DNA of 64,000 bases from Octopus vulgaris (taxonomy: Eukaryota). Numbering within the stretch: the first letter of the stretch is position 1; each line of letters opens with the position of its first letter. Where the stretch lies: NCBI GenBank assembly GCA_951406725.2, contig OX597814.1, positions 166,222,001 through 166,286,000 on the forward strand, in the 5' to 3' direction. A program made the position numbers and the translations under genes. Below are positions 1-14,599 of the stretch, in pieces. The notes under the pieces are model-generated. The model had not been told where the DNA came from. It saw nothing but the letters and a program-made list of their open reading frames with translations, and did no database searches.

Positions 1-756
1 TTGCTTTTATCAAAATGAAAATTTATATATTATGTCTATTATTTGTGATGGCAAAGGGAATATGTTTATAAATTTTTTTCTTTAAAGTGAAATAAATCAT
101 TGCTATTGTTTTATTTATACTTGGCAGACTAATCTAGTTTATTGGATATTTGAAAATGTCTTTTTCTTTCTCTCTGGTCTTTAAGTATTTTCTTTTTCTG
201 TCATGAAATGTGGCCTTATTTTATCATTAAATTCAACATGAATAAAAAATAAATAAATAAATAATCAAATATAAAAATGCAAACAAAAATGAACTGGGCA
301 AAAGTGTACTTGTTTCAGATTACTTAACGCAAAAACACACAAACATTGAAACAATAGAATATTGCAAACACCCCTCCCTACTCAAGGCAGTACAGTGAGG
401 AATTGTTGGTTATTGTAGTCATCAAAAGGGATGGTGAGGGATATAGTTGTAAGAGATTATACTACTAGATGTGCTAAAGCCTCACTGCCTCTCAATTTAG
501 CTGTTCTATTGGCGTCATTTCCTCTTTCAAGTACTATAAACTTAGAATGAATCCTAGTTTGAAGTGTCTTTAATTAAGAGTTGAGTTCATAGTGCTTTTT
601 GTATCCTTAGCTTATTGTCTTAGTCATGTTTTACTGAAGGTTAGTAACTATATTACGCTACAGTGTTGAATTGGTGCTTTTTTCTAAGAATTAACTTTGT
701 CAAATGTATCATACTTGTCCTTTGTGTGTGTGTGCATATATATATATAATATATAT

Positions 757-915
757 ACAATTTATAAGTAAGGGCAAAAGAAAAAATTTCTAATGCCAAT
801 TTTTTTCTTTTGCCCTTACTTATAAATTGTTTATAAATTTAACCTTTAAAGGTATTTTTTAATATGCTGACCATTGATAAAATTTTTTTCGAAAAATTTT
901 ATCCTACATTAGATA
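757..915. mobile_element. Fold-back insertion in (TA)n, probable Penelope-like terminus
   Basis: 30-bp perfect inverted repeat (757-786 / 801-830); the tail 'acctttaaaggt...atgctgaccattgataa' resembles the tail at 48903-48943. Confidence 0.5.
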
Positions 916-1021
916 TATATATATCTTTGAAAAAATGAATAGAAAAAGGCTCTTCTGGTAATTTTTCTTTTATATAATAATGAACCAAGGACTTTCTAGT
1001 TCTTATTCTGCTATATATATC

Positions 1022-1823
1022 CAGTGTGCAATGGGTAAATTGTTACTATTTTATATTTTTACTTTTTGCGTATTGTTTATTTTTGATCTTGTTGACTACA
1101 CAGTAGAGTAGAGTCTGTTGGGCACCATCTGTGAGAAAAACAGCACCATGACACAATTTCCTCTGACAGAAATTCGGAAACAATGAGCTGTACTACTTCA
1201 CATTCATGCCAGAAGCTCCAATACAAACATTTCAGAGTGTTGAGGTGTCAATCTGAGGACATAAACCAATAGTGATAAAAATCAAACAGCCGGTCAATAT
1301 CATGGTGTTTGAAGTGATCACTTGTGATGGTGACGTTATGCCTCCATTCATCTTCCCACACAGCCTCATACTCAACATGGAGGCCTACATCAAGTGCCAG
1401 GAGGAGGTAATGCTGCCCTGAGTCAAGGAGGTTGTTGTTGGGAGACCCTATGTCTGGCAACAGGACTCTGCACCATGTTACACAAGCAGGAGAATGCAGA
1501 CTGCAACCTCCTTGATTATTATGCAAGGGGTGCAGTTAAGTGAGTGACCAACAAAACTCCTTGTAACACCAAAGATGAACTGAAGGCAAGGATTATGACA
1601 GCATTCACCATCTTAATCAAGGAAACTGTCCAGAAGAGTTGCGGGAGATTCCGAAGTTGTCTGGAGGCTGTTGTTGAAGCCAATTGCAATTTTATTGAAT
1701 AAATTTACTTTTTAATATTTCAAAATATTTCTGTGTTATTTTGGTAAATATATCTTAAAATGAGATGTCAGTGTTACTTTCATTTTTGTGTAATTTAGAT
1801 GACAGTTGATTCACTGCACTCTG
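1022..1823 (+). mobile_element. Internally deleted Tc1/mariner-superfamily (maT/DD37D-like) transposon
   Basis: CAG(G/T)GTGC-type termini; homologous to the longer copy at 60925-62195; WQQDSAP remnant. Confidence 0.8.
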
Positions 1824-4099
1824 TATATACACACATACATACACAAAAATATATATAGGTGCATTGCTTTTCATTTATGACATGACCAGTTTGATCCCCC
1901 TTCAATCTTGGGCAAATTTTGTTCTCTAACCTCAGGTTCATTCATACCATGTGAGTGAAATTGGGAAGTTGGGAACTGGACAGAATCTTATTGGATGATA
2001 TTGTATCCTTGCATTTGTATATAGACTACACTGTAACAGTGTTATAACACTGCAAAAACTAAATCAGTAACAAACGTGTAACAAACTTATATCTCTTCTC
2101 AATGACTTCTATGACTGCCTTTACAAATGTGACTGCACATACCACACTTTACATTGCCCTGTCAGTACACATGCACCTTTATATGGTTTAGGACAGTTCA
2201 CTTGCTATCCCACAGGGGTGTCAGGATTTCACCACAACAAATGGCTTGTATCTGTAATCCAAAAATGCACATCCTTCTCACATATTGTGGAATCCTCAGT
2301 AACTTATGTGTTAATTTGAGAGTAGAAAATTCCATTGATAAAATAACTGAATTTTCATGGTCAAATGATAATACCCACCCCCACATTTATAAAAGATAAT
2401 GTAAATATTTAATATCATCCTTTTAATGTGTAGTAGTAATAGCTCGGTCTGTTTAAATTACTATCTATAACTAATTGCACCTAATTTTATTAGGATCCCA
2501 AGAGTTAAGAAATATAGGTGTTGTAATTTGTTTCTGAGAAGAGGGGAGGTTGCAGGTGCTTATCTTGATTAATCTTTTTTTTAAAGTTAGTTATTTGATA
2601 ACAGTTTTTAGTTAATCTTTTTTTAAGAGCATATTTTCATATATTTGATAACTAAATACCAATGTAAAATTTTTTAAAGGCCATTGTATCATAAATAGCT
2701 GCAAACTAAGAGATGTTGTGTGTTTGTAATCATAGTGTAATTGTTGGTATTCATTTGTCAAGTTCTTTTGTGCGTGTCTCCAAACCTTTATTTGTTACTT
2801 TATTCTAATTCAAATCTCTTCTTTAAGTACTTTATTTACAGTATTGACATTATGACCTTTGTGGTTTCATACACTCTTGAGAAAGTGCAGCTTAGTGCTG
2901 TATGCAGCTGCTGTATATAATTGATGTTTCATAAGATTGCAGTGTTGAAATTGAATCTTCTCAGATGCCTTGAGAAGATGATAGCAAATTATTTCAGCTT
3001 GTCCTCCAAAAGCTTCTTTGATGTTTCAGTAATCTAATAAGGTTAGAAAACATTTTGTTCAGTAAATTAGTAAAGCAAATTTTATTTGTATGCTTTCTCC
3101 AAATAGTTACCTACAAGAAGACAATCTTGTTTAAAGGCTTATCTTTCATATGCTTTTGGTTTCAAAGTAAGAGGAAATGGTGTTATTTGATGTACATACT
3201 AACTAGTCACAAAAGCACTTGTGGTGACGTTGTCTGTGAGCTATGCCTATTACAGTGACAGTAATGGGGGACAGATTTGTGACACTTATGCTAAGAACCA
3301 GTTTCCATTGTGGCTCTGTTATATAAGTGAAGATTATATAAGTATGATTGTAATATTTGAGACTATTAACCTCATCATTTAGAAATAAAGGATGTGTCAC
3401 TATTTACATCTGTATTGTGTTTCAATAAGTTTAATCTCTAATCATCATCAGGTATCTTATTTTTGGATGGTACCTAGTTTTATTCAAGTTTGGTATTTTG
3501 TAAATATTCAAGAGTAAGTAATCTGATAATGATCACAGATCAAACCTATTAAAATGTAATATAGCTGTAAATGTTTAAAAAAAATTTTTTTGTCCATCTC
3601 TAAAGATGTAGTTAACAGTCAAAATTACTAACATCTCGAAGTTGTAGATATTTGTAAAAAATAAATTTGTAATGCCCTCCCTGCTCCCACAAAAAAAAAG
3701 AACTGACAGCCTACTGATAAGTAATGTAGTAGTGCACACATTAAAGATGTGCTTATCTTATCTTGGGATTCAGTTATTTATCTTCAAATGTGAAAAGTCT
3801 TTCCTGAAATAGGATATTTTTTATCATTGTATTTATGAACTGGATACTTTTTTTCCCCTCAAGTCAAATAAAATCAAGTATCTTTTCTTGAAAAATCAAC
3901 TTGTAACCTACCAGTATGTAATGTAGTTAGTACTGTATTCACTCTATTTTGCATATGCAGCTGTTTTTTTTTTTATATATATAATCTCTTCTGTCAGCAT
4001 TGAATGATAAATGCTGATGTTAAGCATATAAAAAATATATATATAAAAGTTGTCTGTCATTAACCATTTTTTTTATTGTTTATATATTTTTTATTTTAG

Positions 4100-4233
4100 A
4101 TCCTGAGTGGGCATCATGTACATTAGGTATTTTCCTTTGTCAAGACTGTGCTGGAATACATCGCAGCCTTTCAACTGGTGTCAGTCGAATAAAGTCTATA
4201 CATTTGGACAGATGGGAAAGCGAACAGCTTCAG
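4100..4233 (+). CDS. ADAP1: ArfGAP with dual PH domains (ADAP/centaurin-alpha-like), exon encoding second half of the ArfGAP zinc finger
   Basis: ttttag|ATCCTGAG...CTTCAG|gtgaat; translates (D)PEWASCTLGIFLCQDCAGIHRSLSTGVSRIKSIHLDRWESEQLQ with the CxxC-x4-R ArfGAP motif. The upstream exon is outside the window. Confidence 0.93.
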
Positions 4234-4804
4234 GTGAATTTTTTGAATTTATATACCTAAAAAACATTATTTGTATCAATTATTCTAATGACAAGCTCAA
4301 AGATTTATTTTTATAGCTTAGTCAGAGGTAAAAAGGTAGTACCTATGACCTTTACAGGAACACCATGCTTTTAGGAGAGGTGGAAGGGGAAGAGACCATT
4401 ACTTGTGTTGCTGCAGTAGAAAGCTGAACATTAGGATATCAAATTGTCTGCCTTGAGACTAGAGATGTGGTCTGAATACTTGCAGTGACCAGGTGGTGGT
4501 GATAAACTGAACAATGGATTAGATCTACCATCTAGTTTTACCTGTCAAAGCACTTGCCTAAAATGCTATGCCATGAGATAAAAGCCCAATGCCATATAAT
4601 TGAGAAGCAAAATTCACAAACCATTTACACAATGTGAGGTTAAGGTGTTGATTTACTAATTACATGATTTCAAATCTTAGTACAACTGTTGTGTAAAGTC
4701 CTTAACTTGGTTTGCTCCAGTTTGCCTGACAAAAACCGGTTTCACTTGTACTTCACATGAGTAGTCAGCAGTAAGACACTTTCTCTCTTGATATATATAT
4801 ATCC

Positions 4805-5240
4805 TCATCATCATTGTTTAACATCCGCTTTCCATGCTAGCATGGGTTAGACGAATGACTGAGGGCTGGCGAACCAGATGGCTGCACCAGGCTTCAATCT
4901 TGATCTGGCAGAGTTTCTACAGCTGGATGCCCTTCCTAATGCCAACCACTCCGGGAGTGTAGTGGGTGCTTTTACATGCCACCAGCACGGGACCAGTCAG
5001 GTGGTACTGGCAATGACCTCGCTCGAATCTTTTACACGTGCCACCGGCACAGGTGCCAGTAAGGCGATGCTGGTAATGATCACGCTCGAATGGTGTCTTT
5101 TACATGCCACTGGCACGGAGGCCAGATAGCTGCTCTGGCAACAATCACGCTTGAATGGTGCTCTTAATACCCTACTAGCATGGGGCTGGTAATGGTCATG
5201 CTCGAATGGTGCCTTTCAAGTGCCACTGACACTAGTCCAG
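4805..5240 (-). mobile_element. CAT/TGA-tailed retroposon family ('catgctagcatgggttggacg') with internal tandem units
   Basis: matches copies at 13838-13973, 24921-25370, 36003-36445, 47445-47905 and 49320-49438. Confidence 0.8.
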
Positions 5241-5269
5241 AATTGGGGGAAGGCTAGCTCTGCTTTCAG

Positions 5270-6040
5270 TAAGCTTTATCACAGGCTTTAGAACAGCCAC
5301 AACACATTGTTGAAAGTGAAAGTCGATATATATAAGTCGGTGGTCTTGACCACATTGCTTTAAGGTGCTGATGTACCAAAAGCACATCAACCAGCTTGAC
5401 ACTTTTCATATGTGATGCTTGCTTATTATCTCCAACATAAAACTGAGTAACCATATCCATAACAGTGAGATACTAACAGAATGCAACATGTTGGGTGTTG
5501 GGGCCTTCCTTGTCAGAATACAGCTTGGATGGTCGGGTCATCTCTCACATGTGGATGATATCAGAGTTCCAAATGGGAGGGTCAGCTGGGAGTCACTCAT
5601 GTGCTTCAGGTACAAACTGGGGGATGGTCTGGGGCAGTGTGGCATTCCTTTTTCTTCCTGGGAAAACAAAGCATCAGAACACAGGACCTGGCACCAGTCC
5701 TGCTTTTCTTTAGTTGAAAAATTTGAGCCAAGTCAACTCTAGCATTGGGACCAACTTTGTGCAGGCATGAGGGCACACTGGCAAAATGTTCATTTAAATG
5801 GAAACCTTACCTGTCATTGTGATTTTTGGCAGAAAGCAAAGCAGGCCTTGCTGTCCACTCAAGAAAGCACACAGTGAATGATCCACAAGCATTCAAGCAA
5901 ACTGGGTCCTCAACTTGTTCCATTTGCCAAAAGGTTTTCAAGGCATCAGCTGGCCTCAAGAGACAAATTTGTGTTCATAGAACATGTGTAATGCTTTACT
6001 GAACCCTCATTTGTTGTTCACAACAAGAGAATCCATCATA
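5270..6040 (+). mobile_element. Decayed RTE-like LINE 3' fragment
   Basis: LGWSGHLSHVDDIRVP and GIPFSSWENKASEHRTW remnants, typical of the RTE RT C-terminus; frameshifts. Confidence 0.6.
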
Positions 6041-6892
6041 TATATATAATAGAATTGGAAGGTTCACTGCTGCTCATTAGTTTCATCTTAGTTTGGAATC
6101 TTCAGTCAAGAAAACAAATGTTTATGTGTCCAAAGATTCCTGACCCAGGATGAAACTGTTAGTTACTCAGTGTTAAGGAATCTTTCAGTTCTCACAGTAA
6201 ATATTGACAAACATTAAATTCTTACTTTATTTTTAGAGGTAGATGTACATAGTACACTGTAAAATACTCATGTACACACACACTATATATATATATATAC
6301 ACACACACACATCCATCTTATTTGCGCAAGCAGGAAAAGTTTAATGTAAAACTATAGAATAAAGTACTAAAATGTTGAATATTTTAAAATTACCTCTCCT
6401 GAATATTGCGCTTTATATTGTAAACAGATAAGTGACTTAAGTAATAGCCTCTCATAAAATTTTTCTTTTTTTTTCTTTTACTTGTTATCATCCTTTAAAT
6501 GTTTGTATGTATTAGAAAATAATGTTGGTTTGTGTTAAGAAGTTGACTTTGCAATCTTGTGCTTCTGGTTCAGTTGTACTCTGAAAGGCTTTAGGGAAAT
6601 GTCTTCTACTGCAATCATGTGAGAGGAGTTTGGTTGGTGAAAATTGTCATGATGCCCATTATGTGTGTGTGTGTGTTTATGTGTATCTTTGTTCACTTGT
6701 GTATCAAGTTGTGTCCATTTGTCAAAAAGGTAACTTGACCATTTGTTATATTAAGATAAATAAAATAAACATTGGGGGCCAGTATGATAGACTAAAGCCC
6801 TTCAGGATGGTGCTCTAAGCATGACCACAGTCAAATTACTGGAATAAGTAAATGCATAAAAACATGTCAGAAAATATTTTGGAAAATAAAGG

Positions 6893-7240
6893 TATGTGTT
6901 AGAAATTAAATGTTTGTATGTGTTAGAAAGTAAATGTTTGTATGTGTTAGAAAGTAAATGTTTGTATGTGTTAGAAAGTAAATGTTTGTATGTGTTAGAA
7001 AGTAAATGTTTGTATGTGTTAGAAAGTAAATGTTTGTATGTGTTAGAAAGTAAATGTTTGTATGTGTTAGAAAGTAAATGTTTATGTGTGTTAGAAATTA
7101 AATATGTGTATTAGAAAGTAAATATTTGTGTGTGTTATAAAATAATTGTATGTATGCATTAGAAAATTACCATATGTATGTTTTCTGAAAATAAATGTAT
7201 GTGTTAGAAAGTAAGAGTTTGTATGTGTTAGAAAATAAAT
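6893..7240. repeat. 24-bp minisatellite (gtatgtgttagaaagtaaatgttt)n
   Basis: about 8 near-perfect units followed by degenerate ones; source of the spurious CLYVLESK ORF. Confidence 0.95.
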
Positions 7241-10200
7241 GCGTCATCTTCATTTTTTTTCATCCATTTTTCCATGCTTGCATGGGTTGGACAGGTCTTC
7301 TCCGACACAGCATCTCACCATTTGTCATGGTAACACATCATCTCCTTCATGAGGTTCAAGTATCCTGGGATCAGCTTTCACCACATCTACCCATTGTCCT
7401 CCTCAGTCTTCTTCTTCTGCAGGTTCTTTCTACTTGGCTCTCTTAGCATTTCTTCACTCAATTGTAATCCTCCATATGCATCACGTCTGCACCTGCACAA
7501 GTCTTTTCTCTTGCACACTAAATTTGATTCCTCTTATATTCAGTTTTTTTTTTTTTTTTGACAACCAGCTCATTTGTGCTCCGTCGTTCATGTACATTAT
7601 CATTTACACATTCTGTGGAGCATGCTTGCTTCATTTCTTTCCAGCTTCCACACATCCTCCACATTCATTGCCTATGTTTTGCCGACATCCAACACATTGC
7701 ACTTTGTACACAAACATTCACCAATTTACCCTTTACTCAAAGTAAGAATTCCTTTGTTGTTAGCAGAGGTAATATATCCCCAAATGGTTTTCACTCTGTT
7801 CATAATCTGGCCACTATGCTCTCTCCCACTAATTAGGTCATCTAGGTAAGAGAAGCTATTATGCAGCCTTCCAAGCATTTGAAGGAATATATTTTACTGT
7901 GTCTGTTCCATCAATTCCTAGTCATCTGCCACATATAAAGTCTTTCTATGTTAGCTGGCTTATGATCTCATTACACCTCTTGTGGTGACATGGTAGTGGA
8001 ATTTTACAGTAGATATCACTGGTGGTTACTGCCTATAGATGTAATTTGTCTTAGAGTGAACTGTCTCTAAGAAACTTTCAGTTCTCCTTTATGTTAAAGG
8101 TCGCTTTCTGTTTTTCCTCCTCCTCAATGTATGTATCAATCAGAGGCACCTTTCAGGTTTAACACCTTCCTACACCAGATTGTCTTGTCTCTTAGTCTGT
8201 CTAGATTCTACTCTCAAGTCACTAACCATTAGTCTAGTCTATGGAGAGTGATACATTCTGTACTGGTGAAAGGTTTGGTATTTACAACCATCCGTTTCTC
8301 TGTTTTCTGTTGAGTATGAAGTTAATTTGGTTTGTGTCTTTATCTAATTAGTAGGTGATTAAGTGACTGACCAATTTCCTTAAGCCAGTGTTGCAAATGG
8401 CTTGATCATTTGCATTACAGAATTTCAAGAGCTTTGATCCCTCCTCATTTTTTGTACCATATTCATAGCCTCCTTGTTTTTGCAACATGTCCATCAGTCA
8501 CCAGCTATGATAATAAGATCACTGTCATCCATTATCAAGGTAGTCAGCAAAAGGATTTTATGGAGATAGTCCTTTTGCTTACCTGTCAGTCTTGATTATG
8601 ATGCATTTGCAGAGAATGCGAGAATGCTACTTTTGTCATGTTACTTATGACTAGTTTGAATCCTGCCCTATACTTGAATGTATCCTGTCACATATTTCAG
8701 TTACTTAATTAATTTCTCTGCCAACAAAATGCATACTCTACCTATTCTATTGCTGTTACCCATCCAGAATTTGTACCTGTATTCTTTGTCCATGAGATAA
8801 TATAGTTGAGGTGTTTCTTCATCTAGTATTTTGCATACAGCACATATTCATTTACCTATACCCCTGAATCTCGACAATCTATCCAGTATTGACAGTAACA
8901 GTTTTGAATTTTTATATTTGATAAGAAGCAGTGGGAAATTTGGTGGTGGGTGAATTATTGCTTGTTGTCTGCAACTGAAAGGAAGAGTTTGTGCAAGTGT
9001 TTGATGAGAGTCAAGCGTTTCTTACATATGGCCAAATGTTTTCATCTGATCACCCCTCCCTCCACTGCCATGTGCAACACTAGCATGGTAAGTGTTATTC
9101 CTGTATGTGTAAATATGTCTGTCATAATTTTGGCATGGTTTTATTGGTTGGTTGTCCTTCATATCATCAGAAAACTTCACAGCATGGACAAGGTGCATTT
9201 TATTGTACCATCAACATTAGAGAGAAACTTTCTGCCAGGGCTAAGGTGTCTCTTCACTGTGTCACTTTTTATTCAGAGTTAATGCTCTGCTACACATCTT
9301 TTCTCCACTTTTTGTCTATTAAAAAATATATGTTGTGTGTGTTGGAAATGTTCACAATATTTTTTTCATAACCTGTTTATATCTCTCTGTTATAGCTGAA
9401 ATATATTCAACTTTTTGTCAATGCAACAGTTACTTAACATTCTTGTATTCCTTTTGTCATATACTGTTAACTTTTTAAAGTGGTTAATTTCTAGTGAAAA
9501 TATTTTAAACCCTTCTCTTTCACTTCAATAAATTTTAATAAATAGACAGAGACATGGTCTAGAAAATTGCAGTTCTATAGAATGTAAATGCTGTTATGAC
9601 ATTTTCACAAAACATTTAAACTTGAATAATGTATATATACATGTTTTCTTAGACATATCAAATTATTTTTGAAATTCTAGATGTATCTTTCAAACCATGA
9701 ACAATAGCTAATCCCCACCACCCCGAAAATAACCAATAATAATTAGAAAGACGTCTATCAGAGACAAAAATCAACCTTGGTGGGATTTGAACTCTGAACA
9801 TAAACATTACCAAATACTGCTCAGCATTTTTCTGGCAGTCTACCAATTCTGTTAATCCACTAATAGTGATTTCTAACATTGGCCACCAACTTTGAGACAG
9901 GTACAGTTAATTGAATTACTCAACTGGTTTTAACTTATTGACCCTGTAAAGGTGAATAGTAAGTTCAACTTTGGCAGAGTTCAAATTCAGAATGTAAAGA
10001 TACATAACTAAATACTGTGAGGTATTTTTTTCTGGCACTCTTTCAATTCTGATATCTGTTAGCACTCTTTAAGATAAGGCTAATACACTATATATGTCTC
10101 TCTATATATATACTCATAACTATTTTCTTTTAATAATAATTACTTTGCACATTGGCACAAGATACAAAAGGGGAAGATAAAATTGATTGAATTAACTCTA

Positions 10201-11633
10201 GTATTCTTATTTTATCAGCCATAGTTAAGCCAACTCAATATTTTGTGAAGCAATATTTGTGAAATAAATAATATTCTTCTAAGTGAATTGGGTGAGGAGA
10301 AAGGAAGAGGAAAAGAATTAGAAACGGATGCAAAATTAAACACGGTATTCAGTAGAGCCTGGGAAGTGAGACACATTACTGGTGAAAATAGATGTGGATT
10401 CATCAGTTTGGTTTTGAATTTTTAATCTTAGAAATATGCACTAAACACAAATGAAATTTCAATACAGCAATATTACATCATCATTTAATGTCTATTGTCC
10501 ATGCTGGCATGGGTTGACAGTTTGACCAGAGCTGACAAGCTGGGGATCTGCACCAGACTCCAGAAAAATAAGTCAGCAATGCATTGTGCTCAAATATTAG
10601 CTATACAATCTTGTTAGTCCAGGTTTGTTTCTACTGTGTGGCACTTAGGCAAGTGTCCTTTTATTGCCTGTGTTGATTGTGGAATTTGGTAGGTGAAAAC
10701 AGTAGAAATCAGTCATGTGCTCCTATGTGTTTGTTTACAGTGGCCTAAAAGTTGGAGTTGATGCTTATGTTGTGTTCTTTTATATCCTGTGACTTCATGG
10801 TTCAATAAATAGAATCAATAAAATAAGAATCCAATTGAAATAAGTGCCTGGAACAATATAATTGGCTAAGACTGCAGTTCAGTGATTGAAACCAGTAAAA
10901 AAATAAAGCAAAAATAACTGTCAGAGATAAGTCAAAAGAATTACAGAGGGAATGGTTTGCAGAAATAAAGCTCTAGGAATGACAAGAAAAGAAATTCTTG
11001 CTTCACCACTCCATGCTTTATTGAAGCTTGACATAACAACACCCTCAAATTGTTCAGCATTGATATCATTTTATAGCTTCTATACATCTACTTTATACAA
11101 GAAGCATTGTTCACTCCATTCAAAAAAAAAAAATCCCGAGTGAAAAGTTCAACTTTAAATGAAAAGATTCAGTGTTTGAAGAACTAAAGATTAAGGTCAA
11201 AGTTTTGGTCTTTAATCTAAACCACTTTTTTTACATCTTGTGAATACAGCATTTGGATCAGACATCAAATGCTATTCCTAGTTATGGCTTTACTTGAAGT
11301 CACTGATCTGCAGATGTTCATCAACATCCGTCTCAGCATCCAAGGATGTTCTGCAAAAGTCACTGCATTACTCTCACTGACTAATAAATAAAAATATATA
11401 AATGAAATCCTGTTATTAGTGTTGGAACATCTATCTGCAGGTTATTCTTTCTAGTATTGGACTAACACATGGAAGACATTGCATCTTTATTCAGAGAAAC
11501 AGTGTAGTGCTTAGAGCAGAGAATGAATTTCTGATCTTTCGAATCTATTGTCCTGCAACCATTATTTTTCTCTAAAAACCAATTAACCAATCATGATGTT
11601 TGAAATATTTGGCTTGTTAAATTTAAAATACCT

Positions 11634-11857
11634 ATTTCTTTACTACCCACAAGGGGCTAAACACAGAGAGGACAAACAAGGACAGACAAACAGATTAAGT
11701 CGATTATATCGACCCCAGTGCATAACTGGTACTTATTTAATCGACCCCGAAAGGATGAAAGGCAAAGTAGACTTCGGCGGAATTTGAACTCGGAACATAG
11801 CGGCGGACAAAATACCACAAAGCATTTCGCCTGGTGTGCTAACGTTTCTGCCAGCTC
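11634..11857 (-). mobile_element. tRNA-derived SINE ('tcgaccccgaaaggatgaaaggcaaag' family)
   Basis: near-identical to 46027-46256; related copies at 24045-24235, 41410-41620 and 53300-53505. Confidence 0.85.
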
Positions 11858-12960
11858 GAAAACACCATGGCATTACTTCCTTCGAAGTAGAAACGAAAAT
11901 AATATAGTAGAATATCTTATGAGGAATACTATTCACTTTGATATGTTATTGCATGTCTGAATAACATTTCTAATGTTCCCAAGTTTATGTAGTCTTTTGT
12001 TTGATATCGGCCAAAAGGTACAATGAGCATTGGAATTATTTATAGACCACCCCCTCCCCACCGTTTATGTTTTAATGATGTTATATAGGTCAAATAATTT
12101 AATGAGTAAAAATAAGGAAAAGAATGTTTCTAAACATTGGTTCATACAAAGTGTAATCATATAGTTGCAGTCTTTGTAGTATAAGGTGTATTATTGTTAA
12201 CTGGTCAGACCAGCTGTTAATACAAAGATGAAAAAATAAATAACATAGAACATTTAAGAGAGTTTAATCAAGTGAAAACAATAAAATATAGGTGGGTTGT
12301 TATTGATCTTTATGAAATGAAAATAAAACGAATTGATTTTTGGTATATATTCAAATAACTGTTCTCTCTCTTCACAAAAGACTGGCATTTCTTCTTTTTA
12401 ATTTATTCCACTACTGAAGAAGGTGTGTCCTTGATCTGATGATCTTTTAAATAATACAATGAAGTTGATGTTGGCAGTTATTGAGATTTTTTTTTTGTGT
12501 TTTTTTTTGTTTAGTTTTTAAGTTGGGAATATAATAACAAAATGGGACTAAATAAATAGATGAATTCAGTTTCAGAGAATCAAACTAGTTATGTTGATTT
12601 TTATTTTGGTGTGGAAAACCTAACATGAAGAATGATATAGTGGAGGTTAAGCAGTGCAATGAGATGTAAAAAAAAAAAAGAAAAAAGTTAAGTACAGTAT
12701 TTTATTTGTGATCATGGTTGCATTCAGTAGATTGGTGGGCAAAGAGTCGATTGTAGTAAATATGGGGTGGGGAGGAAATAAAATCATTGAGGCAACAGTG
12801 AGTAAGCATGTTTAATAAAAAAAAGTTCAATGGCCACTGGATATAATCAGGATGTTAGACTAAAGTGGCTGTGTGGCGTATGTGATTATTCCATAATAGG
12901 TAAAGTTTTGGTAGATATATTTTTAACTTAGAAAATGACTCATATACAATTTTTATATCC

Positions 12961-13320
12961 AAAGTTCCAAGAGATGACCTGTTCCAATTGAAATGAGGGG
13001 GAAATTCTTCAGGATGGAGTCATTTATGAAAAGTGAGATTTCTGAAGATAAATAAAAGTTTGTATTCTTATGCTATCAAAGGCTATCAAATATTACTTGT
13101 TTCTACAAACTTTAGTTTTCTTTGGATATAAACATTGTATATGAGTTATTTTCCAAGTGAAACTTCCAAGAAATGACTTGTTTCAGTTGAAACAATGGGA
13201 AAATTCTTCAGGATGGAATCATTTATGAAAAGTGAGATTTCTGAAGATAAATAAAAGTTTGTATTTTTAGGCTGTCAAATATTGCTTGTTTCTGCAAACT
13301 TTAGTTTTCTTTTAGATGCA
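12961..13320. repeat. ~165-bp tandem direct duplication
   Basis: 'aaattcttcaggatgga.tcatttatgaaaagtgagatttctgaagataaataaaagtttgtatt' occurs at ~13002 and ~13200. Confidence 0.9.
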
Positions 13321-13717
13321 GAACTGAATTTTATTAATGAGAAATAGGAACTAAAAACAAGACAATGAAAACAGCAAGGTAGTGTTGTCAACACCTGTGG
13401 GTTGAAGAATGTCTACCAGATATGATGTATAAATTTGATAATCATTATCATTTTTAAATTTGATAATCATCATCATCTTTAATGTCCACTTGTCCATGCT
13501 CACATGGGTTGAACAGAATTTTGTTGAGGTAGATGTTGCCAACCCTTACCTGTTTCCAAATAAGGTAATATTTTCCCATGACCAGACATGTTTTCACAGA
13601 AGATTAGGAATGAAGGACACAACTTGCATGATGGAGACATTTATTTACAACTATCATGATGTCAAGAAAAGGAATCAGTTACACACACAGACACCCCCAC
13701 TCACACATATATATAGG

Positions 13718-14255
13718 CTCAGATGTGGTTGTGTGGTAGGAAGTTTGCTTCCCAACCACTTGGCTCTGATTTCAGTCCTACCGTGTGACACCTCGGGCAA
13801 GAGTCTTCTGCTTTAGCCTTGGACAAACCAAAGCCTTCATCATCATCATCGTTTAACGCCTGCTTTCCATGCTAGCATGGGTTGGACGATTTGACTGAGG
13901 GCTGGCGAGCCAGATGGCTGCACCAGGCTTCAATCTTGATCTGGCAGAGTTTCTACAGCTGGATGCCCTTCCTGTAAGTAGATTTTGTAGACACAAACTG
14001 AAAGAAACATGTGTGTGTCTCTCTCTCTCTCACATACACACGCGCACGCATGTGTGTGTGTCTTTTTGTGCCCCATCACCACTTGCAATCTGTATTGGTG
14101 TGTTTATATCCCTGTAACTTAGCGGTTTGGCAAAAGAGATCAATAGAATAAGTACCAGGCTTTAAAAAAAAAAAGGACTGTGGTCAGTTTGATTAGCTAA
14201 AATTTTTCAAGGCAGTGCCCCAGCATGGCTGCAGTCTAATGGTTGAAACAAGTGA
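13718..14255 (+). mobile_element. tRNA-derived SINE with internal (GT)n, interrupted by a CAT-tailed element (13838-13973)
   Basis: same family as 58703-59085; the host sequence 'aaagcct|tgt(g/a)agt' is split by the insert. Confidence 0.8.
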
Positions 14256-14599
14256 AAAATATGTATATGACAGGCTTCTTTCAGTTTCCGTCTACCAAAT
14301 TCACTTACAAGGCTTTGGTCAGTCCAGGGTTACAAAAGAAGACATTTGCCCTGGATGCAATGTAATGGAATTGAACCCAGGACCATGTGACTGGGAAGTA
14401 CTTCTAATTCCACGTCCATACCTGTGAATTAAGAAATTGTCTCAGCAAAATAGATACAGGATAAGAAAAAAGAGAAGTAGTAACCCTAAACATAAAAATA
14501 AATTTTTCTTTGAAGGTATTTTTATCTCCCTTGTGTAAGGGTTGCTTACGACTGCTAGGATTTGTTTCCTTTTTCCAAGTGGCAAATTTCTGTTTTATC

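Noticed and set aside
6896-7114. CLYVLESK repeat protein or CRISPR-like array
   Set aside because: Head-to-tail 24-bp minisatellite with no spacers, in a eukaryotic intron
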